Shown piece by piece: positions 39,131 through 64,000 of a stretch of DNA of 64,000 nt (position 1 is the stretch's first letter; each line of letters begins with the position of its first letter). The notes under the pieces were generated by a model. It was not told the origin of the DNA, ran no database searches, and saw nothing but the letters and a program-made list of their open reading frames with translations. Source of the stretch: Lama glama. Taxonomy: Eukaryota. A program made the position numbers and the translations under genes. The DNA lies in contig CM052816.1 in the NCBI GenBank assembly GCA_028534125.1, forward strand, positions 54,252,001 to 54,316,000, in the 5' to 3' direction.

Positions 39131-40409
39131 TTCAAGGAATTTGGAACACCTGTGCATGAACCTTGAACATCAAATATAGGGTAATACTCTGAAAACCAAT
39201 TACCGTATTGATCACTTAAATTTTGTAATTTTTTTTTCTTGTTACACCATAAAATTCCGGTTGTTTGAACTCCTTTTTTTCTGGGCCTACAAACCAGCAA
39301 GTTGCTTATCAGATATTAGTATATTCATCAAATATAGCACAACTTTTCACTTGACTTTTCACATAGCAGTTGGTTTTTACAAAGTGAAGTTTTCAGATTT
39401 TAGTACAAATGTGTGTTGAAGAAGAAGATTTAGAGAAAGATTTTTTTATGCTTAAAAAAAGGGAGGAGGAGCTGCTGCTTTGCGCCAGGACCGGAGAACG
39501 TACGTAGATCTTCTGTCACATATGCCACGCAATGCTCATTGTCCTTTTCATATTCTTCTATTGTACTGTATTTTTCTCCATTAAGCAGTTTTCATTTTTA
39601 ATTTAAACCAGTGATTGTGAACATTATTTGGTTTTGTGCAATAAGCAGGGGTAAGCGTGTAAGTCCTTCTCTCCTCTCTTTTTGGCTTTTAATTTTCCTC
39701 CATAATGGACTTTGGAGAGTCTGCATTAGGTTATGAGTTTATAAAATTGTTTTCTTGGATTGTATACAGTATTACTTGAATTATAAAAAGGAATTCATAG
39801 ATTTCTAACTGCTTTATTTCCTGATTTCTTACGGATTAGTAGTATGTGATAATCTAATCTATTCACAGGGAATGATACAAACCACAGGTGAGTTTGGGGA
39901 GCAAACAGTATGGTAAGTACCTCTGTTATTAATGTCTGGAAGCCTCCAACCCATTCATGAGACTCACTGTTTTCTTCCATCTCTGACCTTAGTGCATTCA
40001 GGGAAGCAGAAACCATTAAGATGGTAGAATCCAGCAGGGACTCAGACTTGATGGCTGCTCAGTAGTTACAAGTTGAACTTTTAGAAGAATACAGCTATAA
40101 CTGATTATGTACATTTTTTTCCATTTCCCTAGGTTAGCTTTCAGTGCTATTGTATTTGCAACATCAGAAGTAATACTATGTGGCAGACCTTGTAATTTTT
40201 ATTTAACAATAATACCCTTATTACCTCATTCTGTACTTTATTCACATAACACAATCAATAGCTTAAATTTTGGGAACTTTCTATCATCCTTTCCAGTTAT
40301 CTTTCTCAAGGTGAGTGAGTTCTGCTTGAGCAGATGAGGCTTGTTCTTTTGCCCCCAAGACCTGACTCTGAAGGCAAGCAAATTCTAAAATCTTAAATTG
40401 GAAGTAAAG

Positions 40410-40415
40410 AATAAA
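40410..40415 (+). terminator. Candidate WDR41 polyadenylation signal (first canonical AATAAA after the stop)
   Basis: AATAAA followed by GT-rich sequence (gttagttattgtggt); usage not demonstrable from sequence. Confidence 0.4.
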
Positions 40416-41736
40416 TTATAGTTAGTTATTGTGGTCCAGATAACAGTGTTTTATAACTGACTTCTCTGTCATTAATATGGGTCCCCTCAATACAGAATAT
40501 TTTAGTAAACAACTCACTATGGGAGACTATACCCATTTGATAAACTGGAGGAATGCACTGTTTAGTTAGCAACTCAGTAGAAGATAACACCATAGTAGAT
40601 TATACTGATAAAGACCCGAGCAGAGCTATGCTAAAGCAGAGCTATGCTGGCAGTCTTACTACGAAATTAATTTCACATCAGAGTGAGTAAGCTTTAACAT
40701 TCATATAGGAAAATGTCAGACATCTGACGAATGTCACTTACCAAATGGAACCAAAAGCAAGATGGTCAGGAAAAGACTGTCATCTCAAGCAAGCTTCTGC
40801 AGCCTGGGCAAATTATTTAGCTCCTTAAAATGAGATTCTGACATCATGAATTTAATGTATTCTGAAAACAAAGTGTGTGACTCATGACATAAAGAACACT
40901 AAATCAACATTTTGAAATTACGAAAAACTTAGGCCCAAGAGGTAAAATAAAAACAGCTGTTGGGAATGAAAAATGGCTGTAGGAATTTAGTTACAAGTAC
41001 TTCACGAAAACAAACATTTTCATCACATTTACATAGCGCAGCATCACAGTACAAAGCGAGCTGCTATGCTGATCAGGCAAGTCCTTTCACCATCTAACAA
41101 AAGTAATTTAGATACATTTCTTTGCATGGAATTGTCATGTATGTTTCCATTTTTTGGTACAAAACATAGAAAAAAACATTGGCACATTATGTAGTGATAA
41201 GTCATTTTTTTTCTTCCCATGTACTAGTTCCAAGTGTTCTGCATTCCGATTTTCATCTGAAAAAAGCAACTACTGATTCAGTTAATCTCTATTTATACCT
41301 CTTAGAAATGCAGCCTGGAGTACAGAGAATTTGAAAAAACCAAAGATTTTGTTTACTGAGTTTCTAATATTTATAATACAGAGAGAAGGGTTGGTAAAAG
41401 AGAAGGGAAAACCTCAAGTCTGACTTCATGTAGATCACAGAAAGTTGTGAAAACAGCTGTATAAAAATATGCACTTGTGCTTTAGAAGCTTTTAGCATAC
41501 AATTAATAGCTTAAAATAGTATTTACTGCTTCCTCATATACGTATTTTGATATATTTACACATATCTTGCGATCTTTTTTTTACATCATTAAAGCAAAAT
41601 GGCATGATCTTAAATATAGATAGGTTAAAAATATCTGAACCTTGAAACTTCATCTATACCCTCCCCAGATATATACATCTAGATGGTACACAGCACAACA
41701 TACTCCATGGACTTACACCCAGAAAATTTAGATTGC

Positions 41737-41745
41737 TTTAATAAA
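41737..41745. terminator. Overlapping bidirectional poly(A) hexamers TTTAATAAA (ATTAAA on -, AATAAA on +)
   Basis: Direct read; first AWTAAA I found downstream of the PDE8B stop on the minus strand. Confidence 0.35.
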
Positions 41746-42593
41746 AATTTTAAACGGCAAATGTATATAAATTTTTTTTAAAAAAAAGCTTGTCCAAGGG
41801 CATTCAGATTAATGGCTTTTATATAATACTCATTATAGTGCCTTGTGACTGCCTCTCTAAACCAGAAGTAAGGGAAAAGCTCATGGATTCCCCTGAAACA
41901 AGATCTCACTCTCTTCCCCACCATGGATGGCCTTCTATTAAGATGAATCCCTTTTGTAGGAAAGAGGGCTACCACAGGCTGCTGATACCAGTCTAGCGAA
42001 GGCACTCACCAGACCACGGCTGTGTTTTAACTTGGGTGTCACACCATCGATTTGAAGAGCCACCTAGCCATGGAGGCTCTGAAGTTAACTAGTTTATCAG
42101 TAATTTGGTCCTGGTTGTTTTGCTCACTTTATGCGTGTTTTTTTCCCTTAGATATTATGATACTCTTATAAATTTGTCAGATTGACGCTCTGGAGTTAAA
42201 AAATCAAGCTAAACAGTGATGGTGACTTTCATGGTAAAAGATGAGCTAAACCCTAGCTGAGCTACATGGTCGTCAGCCATGGAGCTGGGCTCACGGGCAC
42301 CAGGTCTTTGCTGCTTGTTACAGTGAATCAGCTCCATGGCTTGACGACAGCAGGACAGAACCTTTTGCCGTGTGTTTGTTCTGTCACTGATTGTTCAAAA
42401 GGACATTTTTCTGCATGGAACATAATTTTCTAAACCTGAACTTTGGGAACTTGAATGATTCAAGGTCAGATATTAAACATTAGCTCCTTAATCTACCCCT
42501 GTCATTTTCATTATAAAGGAAAGCCTCTTTTTTACATTACTGTGATTCACAGAGTCCTCTGTAAATCAAGAGGTCCCCTTCTCTGTCTTAGCT

Positions 42594-63490
<20,897 letters not shown>

Positions 63491-64000
63491 CTAAAGTTGT
63501 TCAGAGGTTTGGTAAAGCAAGAGAAAGAGATTTCAAATACGGTATTAGTTACATTTCCAGCCAAACAATTTCATTAAAAACTGAAAAATTCCAGAAAGCA
63601 AGAAGTTGCACAGATAGTATGAACAGATGGAAGATGTACACCAGGTGATAATACTAAAAACGCTCTGTTACAGTCAGACACTACAGAATGGCTGAGCCTG
63701 ACAGTAGGGAGATGCCCAAGGGATGCACTTTCAGAGCAAGAATCTAGAGCTCCAGTCAGCTGTCCTCACTCTGACAGTCTGCAGAAATGCAGAAAGGCAA
63801 AAAACAGGATTTGAATAAGATTTTTATCAGGCTAATACGTAACCTGTTTATATTTCAGACATGTTATACATTTTTCCTGTCATATAAAAGCAATCTGAAT
63901 TTAAGCCTAGGATTTTTAAAAACCTTTCTGAAAAGCTCTTCAAAGGCTCCTCAATTACAGTCAGGTTCCTAAATGTTTCTTCACAAAGCCTGAACTTTAG

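Overview
Mammalian genomic DNA, most likely camelid (alpaca/llama/camel) judging by its tRNA-derived SINEs and L1 3' ends, with one 500-N assembly gap (1069-1568). Two spliced genes converge tail-to-tail. WDR41 is on + with 11 coding exons from 11535 to the TAG at 39130; its first exons lie upstream of the window. PDE8B is on - with its last 12 coding exons from 63490 down to the TAA at 42594, covering the whole cAMP phosphodiesterase catalytic domain. I reconstructed the exons by hand, and both reading frames are intact with consistent intron phases. Introns carry ordinary mammalian repeats (L1, L2, MIR, MLT1, MER21, Tigger1, MER5A, MER3, SINEs). Most short ORF-track entries are spurious or are exon fragments running into introns. 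The strongest unusual signals are: a minor-spliceosome (U12) intron in WDR41 with rare AT-AG ends, a second probable U12 acceptor two introns upstream, a diverged ~90-bp direct repeat bracketing a WDR41 exon, a near-perfect 87-bp tandem duplication beside a PDE8B catalytic exon, and poly(A) signals placed so the two 3' UTRs could overlap. I found no evidence of a new multi-gene system. Gene and repeat names come from recalled sequences, not database searches.
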